Below the pieces are notes generated by a model. It searched no databases. It was not told the origin of the DNA and saw only the letters and a program-made list of their open reading frames with translations. The position numbers were made by a program, and so were the translations under genes. DNA of 64,000 bases from Candidatus Latescibacterota bacterium (lineage in GTDB: Bacteria > Latescibacterota > CBDEFO01): positions 3,808,001 to 3,872,000 of the forward strand of contig OZ252149.1 in the NCBI GenBank assembly GCA_965248755.1, in the 5' to 3' direction. Shown one piece after another: positions 41,774 through 52,205 of this stretch. The first letter of the stretch is position 1, and the number at the start of each line of letters is the position of its first letter.

Positions 41774-43399
41774 CCCCCATTCGCCATATTAGACCCGAAA
41801 AATGGTTGTCAAAGTCGCCAGAACATGTTATATTACAATAAATAAGACTCATAAATGGCGGATAAATATTGATCATCCAGAGGGTGAAAGAATGAAAGTA
41901 GGTTTTGATGGAGGAATAAAGCTTGAATTTCATGGTGCAAAGGTGACATCAAACGGTGGACTTCTTGCGTATCGTGACCTTGATTACGCACTGGGATTAT
42001 TTGATTCGGTATCAGCGGTTTTTACCGATAAACGCACAGGCCGTAATATCCAACATGATATATCTACTCTCCTGCGTCAATCGATATACAGCCGTCTTGC
42101 AGGATATGAAGATGTAAATGACGCCGAGCGATTATCCGTTGATCCCGTCATGCGAGCGATTACCGGAAAGAAGGACAAAGGCAGGCAAGCTGCCAGCTCC
42201 AACACGATAGGACGTTTTGAAACTGATATACTGACTCAGCATGACAATCTCAGAAACTTGTCAGATATCAATGGCAAGTGGGTTCAAAAAGCGATGAGTA
42301 AAACACAGCATCAACGAATCATTCTGGACATGGACAGTTCGGAGAGTCCGGTACATGGCCAGCAGGAAGGATCAGCTTACAACGGTCATTTCGGATGTAC
42401 CTGTTTTCATCCAGTGTTCTGCTTCAATCAGTTCGGGGATTGTGAAGGAGTCCTACTTCGCTCTGGTAATGTTCACAGTGCTGATCGTTGGAAGGAAGTT
42501 CTGGAACCGATCGTCAAGAGATACGAGAGCAAGAAGAATAGGAAATACTTTCGAGGCGATGCTGCATTCGCAAAGCCTGAGATTTATGATTATCTGGAGG
42601 GAAACGGCTATTTGTATGCCATTCGGTTTCCCGCAAATGAGATACTCTATGAAAAGATACGATACCTGCTGACTCGGCCAGTTGGACGACCGCCGAGGAA
42701 ACCGATTGTATCGTTATATGAATTTCAATATAAAGCGGCCAGTTGGGATCAATCGAGGCGAGTGGTCGCCAAGGTTGAATGGCACCAAGGGGAGTTATTC
42801 CCAAGAGTGGGATTTATCGTGACCAACATGAGCGCCAAGCCAGAAGGCGTGGTACACTTCTACAATGGCCGTGGCAGAGCTGAGCAGTGGATTAAGGAGG
42901 GCAAGTATGCTCTGAACTGGACCCGACTCTCATGCAAGCGTTTCGTCTCCAATCAGGTGAGGCTCTGGCTGTTTGTTCTGGCTTACAACTTGGGCAACTT
43001 CCTGCGACGTTTTGTTCTTCCGAAGAAAATCAAACACTGGTCACTACGCAGCCTCCTCGTGAAATTTATCAAAATCGGAGCGAAGATTGTCAGACACAGC
43101 GGATATATTACGTTTCAAATGGCTGAGGTTGGGATAGACAAGAGGTTATTTGCCGAAATATTATCCCGGATTGAACGATTGCGATGTTATTCTGTTTAAA
43201 CTGCCACATTTTTTTGTGAGTCGATGGAGAGGTGTCTCTAATTGGAGGATTTAAACACAAAGAAAGTGATAATTCAGAGGAAAATACTATTTTAATTGAA
43301 AAAAGTACTTGTTGAAAAATGTAAAAGTGGTAATATTAATTCAGAAACAAGAATGTATCGAAATATAATCCCTCATGAATGTGATATGGGGAATGTCGG
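41774..43399 (+). mobile_element. IS1380-family insertion sequence (1626 bp)
   Basis: IRL cccccattcgccatat; IRR atatggggaatgtcgg; single DDE transposase. Confidence 0.9.
41892..43199 (+). CDS. IS1380-family transposase
   Basis: TS.GGLL, GYED.ND, LDMDSS, RGDAAF, Y..RG.AE.WIKE.K; true start uncertain (41802-41892). Confidence 0.92.
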   Translation: MKVGFDGGIKLEFHGAKVTSNGGLLAYRDLDYALGLFDSVSAVFTDKRTGRNIQHDISTLLRQSIYSRLAGYEDVNDAERLSVDPVMRAITGKKDKGRQAASSNTIGRFETDILTQHDNLRNLSDINGKWVQKAMSKTQHQRIILDMDSSESPVHGQQEGSAYNGHFGCTCFHPVFCFNQFGDCEGVLLRSGNVHSADRWKEVLEPIVKRYESKKNRKYFRGDAAFAKPEIYDYLEGNGYLYAIRFPANEILYEKIRYLLTRPVGRPPRKPIVSLYEFQYKAASWDQSRRVVAKVEWHQGELFPRVGFIVTNMSAKPEGVVHFYNGRGRAEQWIKEGKYALNWTRLSCKRFVSNQVRLWLFVLAYNLGNFLRRFVLPKKIKHWSLRSLLVKFIKIGAKIVRHSGYITFQMAEVGIDKRLFAEILSRIERLRCYSV

Positions 43400-44011
43400 T
43401 TGTACTCTATCTTGAATTTATAAAAACTCAAAAAAGTTTTGGATGTTTTGTCTCTCTCACGTATCTATAATACGACAGTGATATAAATTTCTCATAAAGT
43501 ATTTGTAAAATAGTTGACAAATACTAAATATATGTAAAATAAATAAGATATGTCATCAAAGAAAGCTTGACAAAGCTTGGGAATTGTACTATACGTATAA
43601 CAGTTACTAACATTATCCTGATTAAGCAAAGAACTTGATGACTTCTATGCGGTGTCTTTCACGAATTCTACGTAACAGCTATAGGTAGTCCTAATTTGTT
43701 TGCTGAAAAGATACTGCTATTAACTTAAAGAACTTTCATGCCGGAAGGGGAAATAGTTTCAGGCAAAGGAAAGGAGGGAGCGAAACATCAGAAAAGAGCT
43801 CCTGTATAGCAGTTGATGGCATTGTTCTTGTAAGGAGGTGATGAAACAAAATGAGAGGACGAGCAGTGAAACCTTCCACGGTTCTGGCTACGATAACTTT
43901 CGTTATCTTGGGTATCGCTGCACAAATACACGCCCAGGTGTCCGCCCCAATTATCACTAATTACGTCAGAGCGGTTGCAGTCGAACCCGGAGGGAACGCG
44001 GTCTATGTGGG
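43400..44011 (+). mobile_element. 612-bp passenger DNA co-mobilised with IS1380
   Basis: Lies between the IRR and the second TTTAT target copy (44012-44016); AT-rich promoter-like DNA plus the 5' end of a secreted-protein gene. Confidence 0.8.
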
Positions 44012-44460
44012 TTTATACATTGCAAGGCGTATGGTCCGATTCGCATCAGAGGACGTGGGAAACGCCGACCCGCGCTCTTTGACCATAGCGATAGCCGCCA
44101 AGGACGCCTTTGACTTTCTCGGCTCCCCCGAGGGTGAACTTGCGCTCGCTCAAGCGGCAGTCTACCTTGCCACAGCCCCTAAGAGCAATTCTGTATACTC
44201 CGCATATCAGATGGCCCAGGAAGACGTCCAAAAAAGTCCCTCTTTGCCCGTCCCTCTCCACATTCGCAACGCCCCTACGCAACTTATGAAAGAACTCGGA
44301 TACGGAAAGGGCTACAAATACGCCCACGATTCTGAGGAAAGCTACATAGCTCAGGAATATCTGCCCGACAATCTGGCAGGTGCCAAGTACTACTACCCCA
44401 CAGAACACGGATACGAAAAGAAGATAACGGAAATGATGAAATGGTGGGAGAGCCTTAAGC

Positions 44461-44535
44461 AGTCAGTAGACAGGAGTCAGTAGCCCCCGATTGAATCTAT
44501 CGGGGCTAGACAGGGCACCGCCTACCATCCCCCTT
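44461..44535. repeat. GTAGACAG-family repeat with the 23-bp element (44484-44506)
   Basis: agtcagtagacagg agtcagtag[cccccgattgaatctatcggggc]tagacagggcaccgcc. Confidence 0.9.
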
Positions 44536-44581
44536 TCCTAAGAAGACATCAGTTTTTCCTCTTCAACTTTCGCAGGAAATT

Positions 44582-44630
44582 GTAGGGGCGAGGTCCCCTC
44601 GCGCCAAGGACTGGGTCTCCCAGCCCCTAC
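44582..44630. repeat. GTAGGGGC...GCCCCTAC REP-type doublet
   Basis: gtaggggcgagg...cagcccctac. Confidence 0.75.
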
Positions 44631-44663
44631 GAAACGTTGCTTGGAACAGGAGCACGAGGTAAA

Positions 44664-45719
44664 TTGCTCGTATCCGAATTCGACTACTATCTGCCGCAAG
44701 GACTCATCGCTCAATATCCCTTAGTGGAGCGGGGCGAATCCAGACTGATCGTCGTGGACAGGCAGCGCAAAAGCATAGATCACAGGCACTTCAAGGATAT
44801 AGTGGACTACATAAATCCAGGTGATTGTCTCGTCATCAACGATATAAAGGTCCTCCTGGCTCGGCTGATAGGAAAGAGAGTTGTCACAGGGGGCAAGATC
44901 GAAATTCTACTTCTGAAGAGATTGTCGGAATCTCCGCCCACCTGGTCGGTACTGGCAAAGCCAGGAAGGTTAGCCAGATTGAACGCTCAATTTGCCTTCG
45001 GGGAGAAAGATAACGCTCTAACTGGGGAAATTGTGGAGATCCAGCCGGACGGAATCAGGACTATGCGATTTGAATGTACAGGATCGTTTGAGCAGAAATT
45101 AGCTCAAATTGGACAGGTCCCGCTCCCTCCTTACATAAAAAGATCCTCTCCTTATGATCAGGACTTTCAAAGATACCAGACCGTCTACGCAAAAGTGGAG
45201 GGAGCAATCGCTGCTCCTACTGCCGGACTGCACTTCACAGATCATATCCTCGATAGAATAAGAAACAAGGGCGCATCTGTAGTCCCCCTAACCCTGCACG
45301 TTGGACTCGGTACGTTTGCACCCGTGAAGACAGAAAGAGTGGAAGACCACACGATGCACGAAGAGAAGTACCAGGTCTTGGAAGACGCCGCAACTATTAT
45401 CAATCGTAGAAAGGGAAAGGTCTTCGCCGTGGGTACGACTGTGCTCAGGACGCTGGAGTCAACATCCCACTGTGACGGATCTGTCCACCCCGGATCAGGA
45501 GAGACGGACTTATTTATCTATCCGGGCTATAAGTTTAAGGTCGCAGACGCTCTCTTGACGAACTTTCACCTCCCCAAGACCACTCTCCTTATGCTAGTCT
45601 GCGCCTTTGGTGGTGCGACCACTCCGTGTGGAAAAGATCTTATTTTCAAGGCCTACGAGGAGGCTATAGAGGAAAGATATAGATTTTACTCCTACGGAGA
45701 CGCCATGCTGATCGTGTGA
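44664..45719 (+). CDS. queA: S-adenosylmethionine:tRNA ribosyltransferase-isomerase
   Basis: FDY.LP, PLPPYI, YQTVYA, AAPTAGLHF, TNFHLP, FYSYGDAM. Confidence 0.97.
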   Translation: MLVSEFDYYLPQGLIAQYPLVERGESRLIVVDRQRKSIDHRHFKDIVDYINPGDCLVINDIKVLLARLIGKRVVTGGKIEILLLKRLSESPPTWSVLAKPGRLARLNAQFAFGEKDNALTGEIVEIQPDGIRTMRFECTGSFEQKLAQIGQVPLPPYIKRSSPYDQDFQRYQTVYAKVEGAIAAPTAGLHFTDHILDRIRNKGASVVPLTLHVGLGTFAPVKTERVEDHTMHEEKYQVLEDAATIINRRKGKVFAVGTTVLRTLESTSHCDGSVHPGSGETDLFIYPGYKFKVADALLTNFHLPKTTLLMLVCAFGGATTPCGKDLIFKAYEEAIEERYRFYSYGDAMLIV

Positions 45720-45722
45720 TCG

Positions 45723-46457
45723 CTACCCTGTCTTTCCGAAGTTGTCCAGAAAGATCACAAAGTCGGACAGTCCGATCTCTCCATTACCATCTAAATCAAA
45801 TTTAGGATCCCAATTAGCCGAATCAGTCGTTGTCCCGAAAGCATCCAAGAAGAGGACAAAATCTGAAAGACCTACTTCCTTGTTCCCGTCAAAATCTCCT
45901 ATAAGCGAAGTGGAAGAAGGCTGGTTGGCCTGCCCTAATGTCGGCTCAGCGACTACCCAGTCTGACGATTGATGGGGGAAGTTCCCATCTCCTACATACT
46001 GAATAGACTGTCCGGTCGGAACACTTGTGGGATCGATCGTATCTGAGGAACTCGCCCATTTGCCGCCGGACACCGCCTCGGACGTCCTCTTAAACAAGGG
46101 AGATCCCCACTTCACGTAATCGAGCACAGAAGAGGGGTTGGAAAAAGAGCCGTCCCGATAGTAAGCCACATCCTGGTTTGACAGGTCCAGCGTTGATGGA
46201 GCGTCGATTACCGCAAATCCCAGAGGAGGTACTACAGTACCGCTGGATATCGACCGATAGCTCTGATTCATACAGAGCCACTGTCCTCCGATGTCAGCGG
46301 AATTATCGGGATCGTCGTTGAAAAACTCTATCTTCTGCGTCCCATCCGAAGATTTAAAGAGCACCTCGTTGATTCTGACGCCCGCATTAAGTTCAGCCAA
46401 AAACGCGAACACAGCCAACACGGTGACAAATACTGACAGCAATCTTTTCATTCTCAT
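45723..46457 (-). CDS. Secreted lamin-tail-like domain protein with C-terminal dockerin/EF-hand-like pair
   Basis: Signal peptide, RINEV, PTLG..N, GDFDGN.EVGLSDF repeats. Confidence 0.7.
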   Translation of the reverse strand: MRMKRLLSVFVTVLAVFAFLAELNAGVRINEVLFKSSDGTQKIEFFNDDPDNSADIGGQWLCMNQSYRSISSGTVVPPLGFAVIDAPSTLDLSNQDVAYYRDGSFSNPSSVLDYVKWGSPLFKRTSEAVSGGKWASSSDTIDPTSVPTGQSIQYVGDGNFPHQSSDWVVAEPTLGQANQPSSTSLIGDFDGNKEVGLSDFVLFLDAFGTTTDSANWDPKFDLDGNGEIGLSDFVIFLDNFGKTG

Positions 46458-46813
46458 CCCCCTTCATTGATTGAGAACTGCTATTTTGTTCTATTGATCC
46501 GATAAAATTTATCGTAAGATTCCGATAACAGACCTCCTTGCCTATTACCTGCAGTCGAGTTTGAACAAAACGCACCAAGTATGGCAGACTTGAACTTGGA
46601 AATCAACTAAGATTGGTAACTTCCGGTGTTAGTAACCGCAAGACCATAGGAACTATGTTTCTTGAGACGCATTATGCCGAAAAACGTTGCGTACATAGAG
46701 CGGACTGATAAGTCTCAGGAATGGCTTGAGCTACGATTTCCAGTTGATCACAGCAGAGGATTGGGGAGAGGTGCAAGGGTCTCTGTAACGTTTGTCGAGG
46801 TTGTTCGCACGGA

Positions 46814-47824
46814 CTACCTTCTGGAAGGAGACGCCAGTTCTGAGGATTGCGATTCGAGCTGCTTTCTCATCTTGACATAGCTTTCGTACCGCCGTCTGTC
46901 GATCTTTTCTGACTCTGTTGCTTCTTTTATGGAGCAGCCGGGCTCGTGGACGTGCGAGCAGTTTCTCTGGAACCTGCAAAGTCCTATGTATTCTCTCATC
47001 TCAGGGAAGAGATATGCCGCATCGTTTTCATCCACGTTCCACAGATTCAGATCTCTTAGTCCCGGCGTATCTATGATCATCCCTCCGAAGTCCAGGTTTA
47101 GGAGTTCCACGTGCGTGGTGGTGTGTTTTCCGGTACCTGTGCCCTTGCTTATCTCCTGTACTCTCAAGCCGAGCCCGGGTTGAATAGTGTTCAGGAGGGT
47201 GGATTTGCCCACACCTGACGGTCCCAGGAGGGCTGAAAGCCCTCCCTCGAGGGCGCTTATAAAATCATCCAAGCCCCTCTTTTCCAGTGCGCTGGCATAG
47301 ACGATTCTGTAACCTATTTTATTGTATACTTGCATTTTCCTTTTAAATTCCGCTTCGTCCACCAGATCCATCTTGTTCAAGCATATAACTACATCCATTT
47401 CTTCCAGCTCGGACGCAGCCAGTAATTTGTCGAGCATCCAGAAGTTCAAAGGAGGGGCATCCGCTGAGAAGACCGGCACCACCTGATCCACGTTGGCCAC
47501 GATAATCTGTTCAACTTGCCTCCGTCCGGAAGCCTGGCGCGAAAGTTTGGATTTCCTGGGCAGGACTTCCACTATCATCCCTCTGTCGTCATTCTTGTAG
47601 CTGAACCTTACCTTGTCCCCCACGCAGACAGGATCCACAGCTCTTATTCCCCTTACGGAATCCACAGCAGGACGACGCGATCCGGGGGCCGCTTCAGGAT
47701 ACTTGAGCACTTTCCTGAGCTTGCTGGAAATGGAACAGACCACAACTTCATCACAGCTCTGAACAAAATAGCGAGCGGCCTTTTCCTTGACTACAGTTCC
47801 TATCCTTATGTCTGTGGTCAACAT
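46814..47824 (-). CDS. rsgA: Ribosome small subunit-dependent GTPase A
   Basis: NK.DL, G.SGVGKS, GKHTTT, DTPG, C.F..C.H..EPGC. Confidence 0.95.
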   Translation of the reverse strand: MLTTDIRIGTVVKEKAARYFVQSCDEVVVCSISSKLRKVLKYPEAAPGSRRPAVDSVRGIRAVDPVCVGDKVRFSYKNDDRGMIVEVLPRKSKLSRQASGRRQVEQIIVANVDQVVPVFSADAPPLNFWMLDKLLAASELEEMDVVICLNKMDLVDEAEFKRKMQVYNKIGYRIVYASALEKRGLDDFISALEGGLSALLGPSGVGKSTLLNTIQPGLGLRVQEISKGTGTGKHTTTHVELLNLDFGGMIIDTPGLRDLNLWNVDENDAAYLFPEMREYIGLCRFQRNCSHVHEPGCSIKEATESEKIDRRRYESYVKMRKQLESQSSELASPSRR

Positions 47825-47840
47825 GCCTCAAGATACAACA

Positions 47841-47868
47841 AAGAACCGCCGATTTTATCAGCGGCTCT
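47841..47868 (-). terminator. Probable intrinsic terminator
   Basis: agagccgctgat-aaa-atcggcggttct-ttgtt on minus strand with G-U pairs. Confidence 0.55.
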
Positions 47869-47874
47869 ATTTGA

Positions 47875-47988
47875 AAAGGTTGGGTCTTGAGCTACTATCT
47901 GTCGGGATCGCTTTACTTAAATGACGTTGCCTGACCCTTCACTTGGTAGCGCACCAGGAATGTCTATCCTGCCGACTGGTAGCTCAGT
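47875..47988 (-). ncRNA. Putative structured ncRNA (6S-like rod; possibly 6S-Flavo-type)
   Basis: Closing stem tgagctac/gtagctca, inner gtcgg/ccgac and gacgtt-cctg/cagg-aatgtc stems with an asymmetric bubble; family assignment is from recollection only. Confidence 0.45.
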
Positions 47989-48025
47989 CGTTGCTGTCTG
48001 ATAAGCAGTATAAGTTGCCTACTTA

Positions 48026-48583
48026 TTAAACCTCCATGATCTCATCTTCTTTAGCGTTGAGAACCTGGTCTATCTTCTTGATGTACTCATTCGTAAGCTC
48101 TTGCATAGTTTCTTGGGCTCTATGGCTGTCGTCCTCGGAGATCTCTCCTTCCTTATGAGCCTCTTTAAGCATCTCGTTGCCGTCTCTCCTGGCATTCCTG
48201 ATGGAGACTCTGCCTTCTTCAGCTATCTTCTTGGCGAGACGCACCAAGTCCTTTCGGCGTTCTTGAGTCAACGGCGGAATAGAAAGTCGAACGATCTTCC
48301 CGTCGTTAGAGGGATTGAGACCCAGATCTGATGCCAGGATCGCCTTTTCTATGACAGTTATCACATTAGGGTCCCAGGGTTGGATAGCCAGCAATCTGGG
48401 TTCAGGGACACCGATGCTCGCCATCTGATTCAACGGCGTGGATGTGCCATAGTAATCCACCTTGATACCGTCCAGGAGGGACGTCGTGGCTCTGCCTGTG
48501 CGTATAGATGCCATCTCGCGCCGGGTTGCTTCTACGGCCTTTTCCATGTCCTCTTCGGCCTGTGCGCGAATCTCATCTATCAT
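48026..48583 (-). CDS. frr: Ribosome recycling factor
   Basis: IRTGRA, VDYYG, LGLNP.NDG, P.LT.ERR. Confidence 0.97.
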   Translation of the reverse strand: MIDEIRAQAEEDMEKAVEATRREMASIRTGRATTSLLDGIKVDYYGTSTPLNQMASIGVPEPRLLAIQPWDPNVITVIEKAILASDLGLNPSNDGKIVRLSIPPLTQERRKDLVRLAKKIAEEGRVSIRNARRDGNEMLKEAHKEGEISEDDSHRAQETMQELTNEYIKKIDQVLNAKEDEIMEV

Positions 48584-49302
48584 GTGTCATCCTCCTCCGT
48601 GACAAGTGTTCCTATGCGCTCTCCTTTTACCGCTTTGATTAGATTTCCAGACCCCTTGAGATTGAAAACGACTATGGGAAGGTCATTATCCATACACAGT
48701 GAAATGGCTGTGGCGTCCATAACTTTGAGCCTCTTTTCAAGGGCTTCTATGTATGTAAGTCGGTCGTATTTTTGCGCCGAAGGTTCTATTTTAGGGTCTT
48801 TATCATAGACGCCATCCACGTCTGTGGCTTTCAGGATGATCTGGGCCTCGATTTCGAGGGCGCGAAGGACGGCGGCAGTATCTGTGCTAAAGTAGGGATG
48901 ACCAGTTCCGGCGGCCATAATTACTATGCGCCCTTTTTCAAGGTGTCGGATGGCTCTTCTCCTTATGTAGGGTTCTGCAATGGCTTCCATCCTGATAGCG
49001 GTCATCACTCTGGTAAAGATGCCTATGCTTTCGAGCATGCCCTGCAAAGCGATGGCGTTAATTACGGTGCCGAGCATGCCCATCGTGTCCCCCGATGCGC
49101 GATCTATACCGTCCCCGGCCTCAGTCCCCCTGAATATGTTGCCTCCACCGATGACAATTCCTACTTCAACGTCTGATTCCACCACAGCCACCATCTCCTG
49201 TGAGATGGCTCGCAGAACCTTGGGATCTATTCCGCATGATCTATCTCCCGCTAGGGCTTCCCCGCTGAGTTTGATCAGGATCCTTTTGCATTTGTCGTCC
49301 AA
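48580..49302 (-). CDS. pyrH: Uridylate kinase
   Basis: [24 protein letters not shown]. Confidence 0.97.
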   Translation of the reverse strand: MDDKCKRILIKLSGEALAGDRSCGIDPKVLRAISQEMVAVVESDVEVGIVIGGGNIFRGTEAGDGIDRASGDTMGMLGTVINAIALQGMLESIGIFTRVMTAIRMEAIAEPYIRRRAIRHLEKGRIVIMAAGTGHPYFSTDTAAVLRALEIEAQIILKATDVDGVYDKDPKIEPSAQKYDRLTYIEALEKRLKVMDATAISLCMDNDLPIVVFNLKGSGNLIKAVKGERIGTLVTEEDDT

Positions 49303-49318
49303 GGTTTTCGAGTGTCCC

Positions 49319-49918
49319 CTATCCTTCTTCGCCCAGTTCAAAGCGGGTGAATCTTGTAATACTTATATTTTCTCCAGTCTTGGATATAAGCTCGATCAAA
49401 ATGTCGTTGATCGTCCTGTCCTCGTCCTTGACGAAAGGCTGTTCTAATAGCACAGATTCCCGATAGAACTTTTCGAGTTTGCCTTCCAAAATCCTGTCTA
49501 TCGCCTTTTCCGGTTTACCTTCGCTTCTTACCTGGGTCTCGTATATTTGTCTTTCTCTTTCCACTATGTCCTGGGCAAGATCCTCCCTTGACACGGAAAG
49601 AGGCTTCATAGCGGCTACTTGTATTGCCACATCTTTTGTGAAGGTCTTAAAATCGTCTGTCCTGGCTACAAAATCGGTCTCACAGGAGACCTCCAGCAGG
49701 ACTCCGAGTCTATCTCCGTGATGTATGTACGCGGTCACAATCCCTTCTCTTGTCTTTCTTCCTGCCTTCGCGGCGGCCTTTGCAATTCCCTTTTCCCTCA
49801 GATAGTCTATAGCTTTTTCCATATCTCCATTAGTCTCTTGGAGGGAACTCTTGCAGTCCATCATTCCGGCTCCGGTCCTCTCCCGGAGTTCCTTCACCAT
49901 CGCAACAGTTATCTCCAT
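49319..49918 (-). CDS. tsf: Elongation factor Ts (short form)
   Basis: [23 protein letters not shown]. Confidence 0.97.
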   Translation of the reverse strand: MEITVAMVKELRERTGAGMMDCKSSLQETNGDMEKAIDYLREKGIAKAAAKAGRKTREGIVTAYIHHGDRLGVLLEVSCETDFVARTDDFKTFTKDVAIQVAAMKPLSVSREDLAQDIVERERQIYETQVRSEGKPEKAIDRILEGKLEKFYRESVLLEQPFVKDEDRTINDILIELISKTGENISITRFTRFELGEEG

Positions 49919-50211
49919 CGCTGTCGGTTCTCCTAACAATACCTTATATCAATCAGGATGTATTCTACGTTTATACATAAATACGGCGGCTCCATGTGAG
50001 CCCGCTATCCTTCCGTGTTGCAGCGTCCACCTCCCGTCGGCTGAGCATCCTTGATGATGAAATAACTCATCAGGTCGAACATATCCATTTTTTCATCGGT
50101 CATGACACACGTACACTTGTCTGGTTCAAGAAATGTGTGCTGTCCTTTTGCCCTGATGTTGAAAGCTGAGCACCAGCCAGGCCGAAAGCCCGCTGTTACT
50201 GTTCAGAGTCT

Positions 50212-50937
50212 TTACTCTTCTTGTCCGTTCTCTCCTTCTTCTTGTTCGGCTACGATAGAGCTCTGAGCCTCCATCACAGCCTCTGAGATTGTGCCCGTAA
50301 TAAGGCTGATGGAGCGTATAGCATCGTCATTTCCTGGGATAGGACAATCTATCAGGTCAGGATCGCAGTTGGTGTCCACGATGGCGACGACTGGGATCTC
50401 AAGCTTCTTTGCTTCCAGGACAGCGATCCTTTCTTTTTTTGTATCCACAACGAAGACTAGACCCGGAAGTCGCCCCATGTCTCTGATGCCTCCCAGTGCC
50501 CGCTGAAGTTTAGCTCTTTCCTTTTCAAGTCCTAGGACTTCCTTCTTGGTCAGTTTCTCGTACGTCCCATCCTCGCTTGTTCTGTCGACTTCACGCAGTC
50601 TTTTTATACTCTTTTGGATAGTCGCAAAGTTAGTAAGCGTCCCTCCCAACCAGCGTTGAGAGACGTAGAACATTCCGCACCGTTCTGACTGTTCCTTAAT
50701 TATATCAGCAGACTGCTTCTTGGTTCCAACAAAGAGAATGGGTTCAGATCTTTGGACCGTGTCTCTTACAATTTGGCAGGCTTGTTCGATCTTTTGAAGA
50801 GTTTTTTGAAGGTCAATTATGTAAATTCCGTTCCTTTCACTGAAGATGTACTTTTTCATTTTGGGATTCCACCTTCGGGTTTGGTGCCCGAAATGGACTC
50901 CCGATTCGAGAAGATCCTTGATGCTTACTGTGGACAT
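50212..50937 (-). CDS. rpsB: 30S ribosomal protein S2
   Basis: [24 protein letters not shown]. Confidence 0.98.
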   Translation of the reverse strand: MSTVSIKDLLESGVHFGHQTRRWNPKMKKYIFSERNGIYIIDLQKTLQKIEQACQIVRDTVQRSEPILFVGTKKQSADIIKEQSERCGMFYVSQRWLGGTLTNFATIQKSIKRLREVDRTSEDGTYEKLTKKEVLGLEKERAKLQRALGGIRDMGRLPGLVFVVDTKKERIAVLEAKKLEIPVVAIVDTNCDPDLIDCPIPGNDDAIRSISLITGTISEAVMEAQSSIVAEQEEGENGQEE

Positions 50938-50954
50938 AGGCAATTTCCTTCCTC

Positions 50955-51110
50955 TGCGTCGGTTGTACCTTCGCCTTTTTCATCCCTTTGTGAGACTCGC
51001 AAGTCCTTGGACAGACAGAAATGTGTCTCAAACCAACCGATGGGTGAGACATTCCTGTCTGACGTTATCAACTTTGAGCACCGTCACAACAGTCAAAAGA
51101 CGTGTGTAGT
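50955..51110 (-). promoter_or_regulatory. Putative rpsB 5' leader (S2 autoregulatory element)
   Basis: ACACACG...GGTGC...GAAGGTACAACC arrangement resembling rpsB leaders; internal hairpin gtctca...tgagac. Confidence 0.4.
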
Positions 51111-51120
51111 ATTAGATAAT

Positions 51121-51513
51121 CTATCTCTTGGAAAACTGGAATCTCTTTCGTGCTCCAGCCATCCCGTATTTTTTCCTTTCGACCATACGGGGATCCCTGG
51201 TTAGAAATCCGGCGGATTTTAGGGTGGGCCTTAGTTTCTCATCGTACTGAATAAGGGCCCGGGCTATCCCCAGGCGGGCGGCTCCAGCCTGACCCGATAG
51301 TCCCCCACCTCTGGTTCTTATGTTGATGTCAAATCTATCGGACGTTTCGGTGTGCTTAAGGGGCTGCTGCAGAACCATAACGAGGGTTTCCCGGCCAAAA
51401 TACTCGTTCATATCGCGGCCGTTGACAGTTATCTTGCCCTTCCCGTCCTGCATCCGAACAGAAGCTACGGCTTCTTTTCTCCTACCTGTAGCCAAAAATG
51501 CGTCTTTAGCCAA
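51121..51513 (-). CDS. rpsI: 30S ribosomal protein S9
   Basis: TGRRK, GGG.SGQAGA, ERKK.G..AR...QFSKR. Confidence 0.98.
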   Translation of the reverse strand: MAKDAFLATGRRKEAVASVRMQDGKGKITVNGRDMNEYFGRETLVMVLQQPLKHTETSDRFDINIRTRGGGLSGQAGAARLGIARALIQYDEKLRPTLKSAGFLTRDPRMVERKKYGMAGARKRFQFSKR

Positions 51514-51540
51514 TTAGTCCGCTACCTCCTCTCCGTTTCG

Positions 51541-51960
51541 TTATATATCCATAGGTTGAGGATTTTGAGCTCTATGAGGATGATCAGGTCCAGCATAAAC
51601 TCTCAGTTTTCTGAACATATTTCTGCCCAGGACATTGTGTGGGAGCATCCCTTTGATCGCTTTCTCCAGGACCCGCTCGGGCTTCTCCTTGATGAGTCTC
51701 TCGTAAGAAATAGATTTCAGCCCGCCGGGGTAGCCTGTATGCCAATAGTACTTTTTCTTCTGTGCTTTATTTCCGGTGACTCTTACCTTCTCTGCGTTTA
51801 TGATTATGATGTGATCGCCCACATCTGTATGCGGAGAATAGATAGGTTTGTGCTTTCCCTTTAGAGTAGCTGCCACTCTGCTGGCAAATCTTCCGAGCAC
51901 TTTGCCGCTGGCATCAGCCACGTACCATCTCTTTTCGACTGTTTCTGACTTGACATGCAT
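51541..51960 (-). CDS. rplM: 50S ribosomal protein L13
   Basis: W.V.DA, LGR, GKHKP, HTGYPGG, GMLP. Confidence 0.98.
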   Translation of the reverse strand: MHVKSETVEKRWYVADASGKVLGRFASRVAATLKGKHKPIYSPHTDVGDHIIIINAEKVRVTGNKAQKKKYYWHTGYPGGLKSISYERLIKEKPERVLEKAIKGMLPHNVLGRNMFRKLRVYAGPDHPHRAQNPQPMDI

Positions 51961-52053
51961 TAGATTTAAACCCCGTTTTTGCTTCTTAATATGCCGATTG
52001 GTCTGTCCTCCAGCAATCTACAATTTTGTATGTAACTGTAAGGCTAAGTATTA

Positions 52054-52082
52054 AAAATAATCGTGTATGAGAAAATTGTCAA
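52054..52082 (-). promoter_or_regulatory. Sigma70-type promoter of rplM-rpsI
   Basis: TTGACA-17-TATTTT on minus strand. Confidence 0.55.
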
Positions 52083-52205
52083 GGACAATTCAAGGTTTTC
52101 TTTTTTTATTCTTTTGCCATGCATTTTGGTAAAGAATCTATTATATTGATAGAGGATAATGTTTATGAGTTTTGACACTGAACAGATCTAAGAAAAGAGG
52201 CACTA

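Larger units (their letters stand above)
40900..44483 (+). pseudogene. rarA: Replication-associated recombination protein A (RarA/MgsA), split by insertion 41774-44011
   Basis: PLADRMRP, GPPGTGKT, DEIHR up to AGEDPL (41773); resumes YIARR...ASEDVG...YKYAHD after 44016; removing the insert restores EDPLYIAR. Confidence 0.93.
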
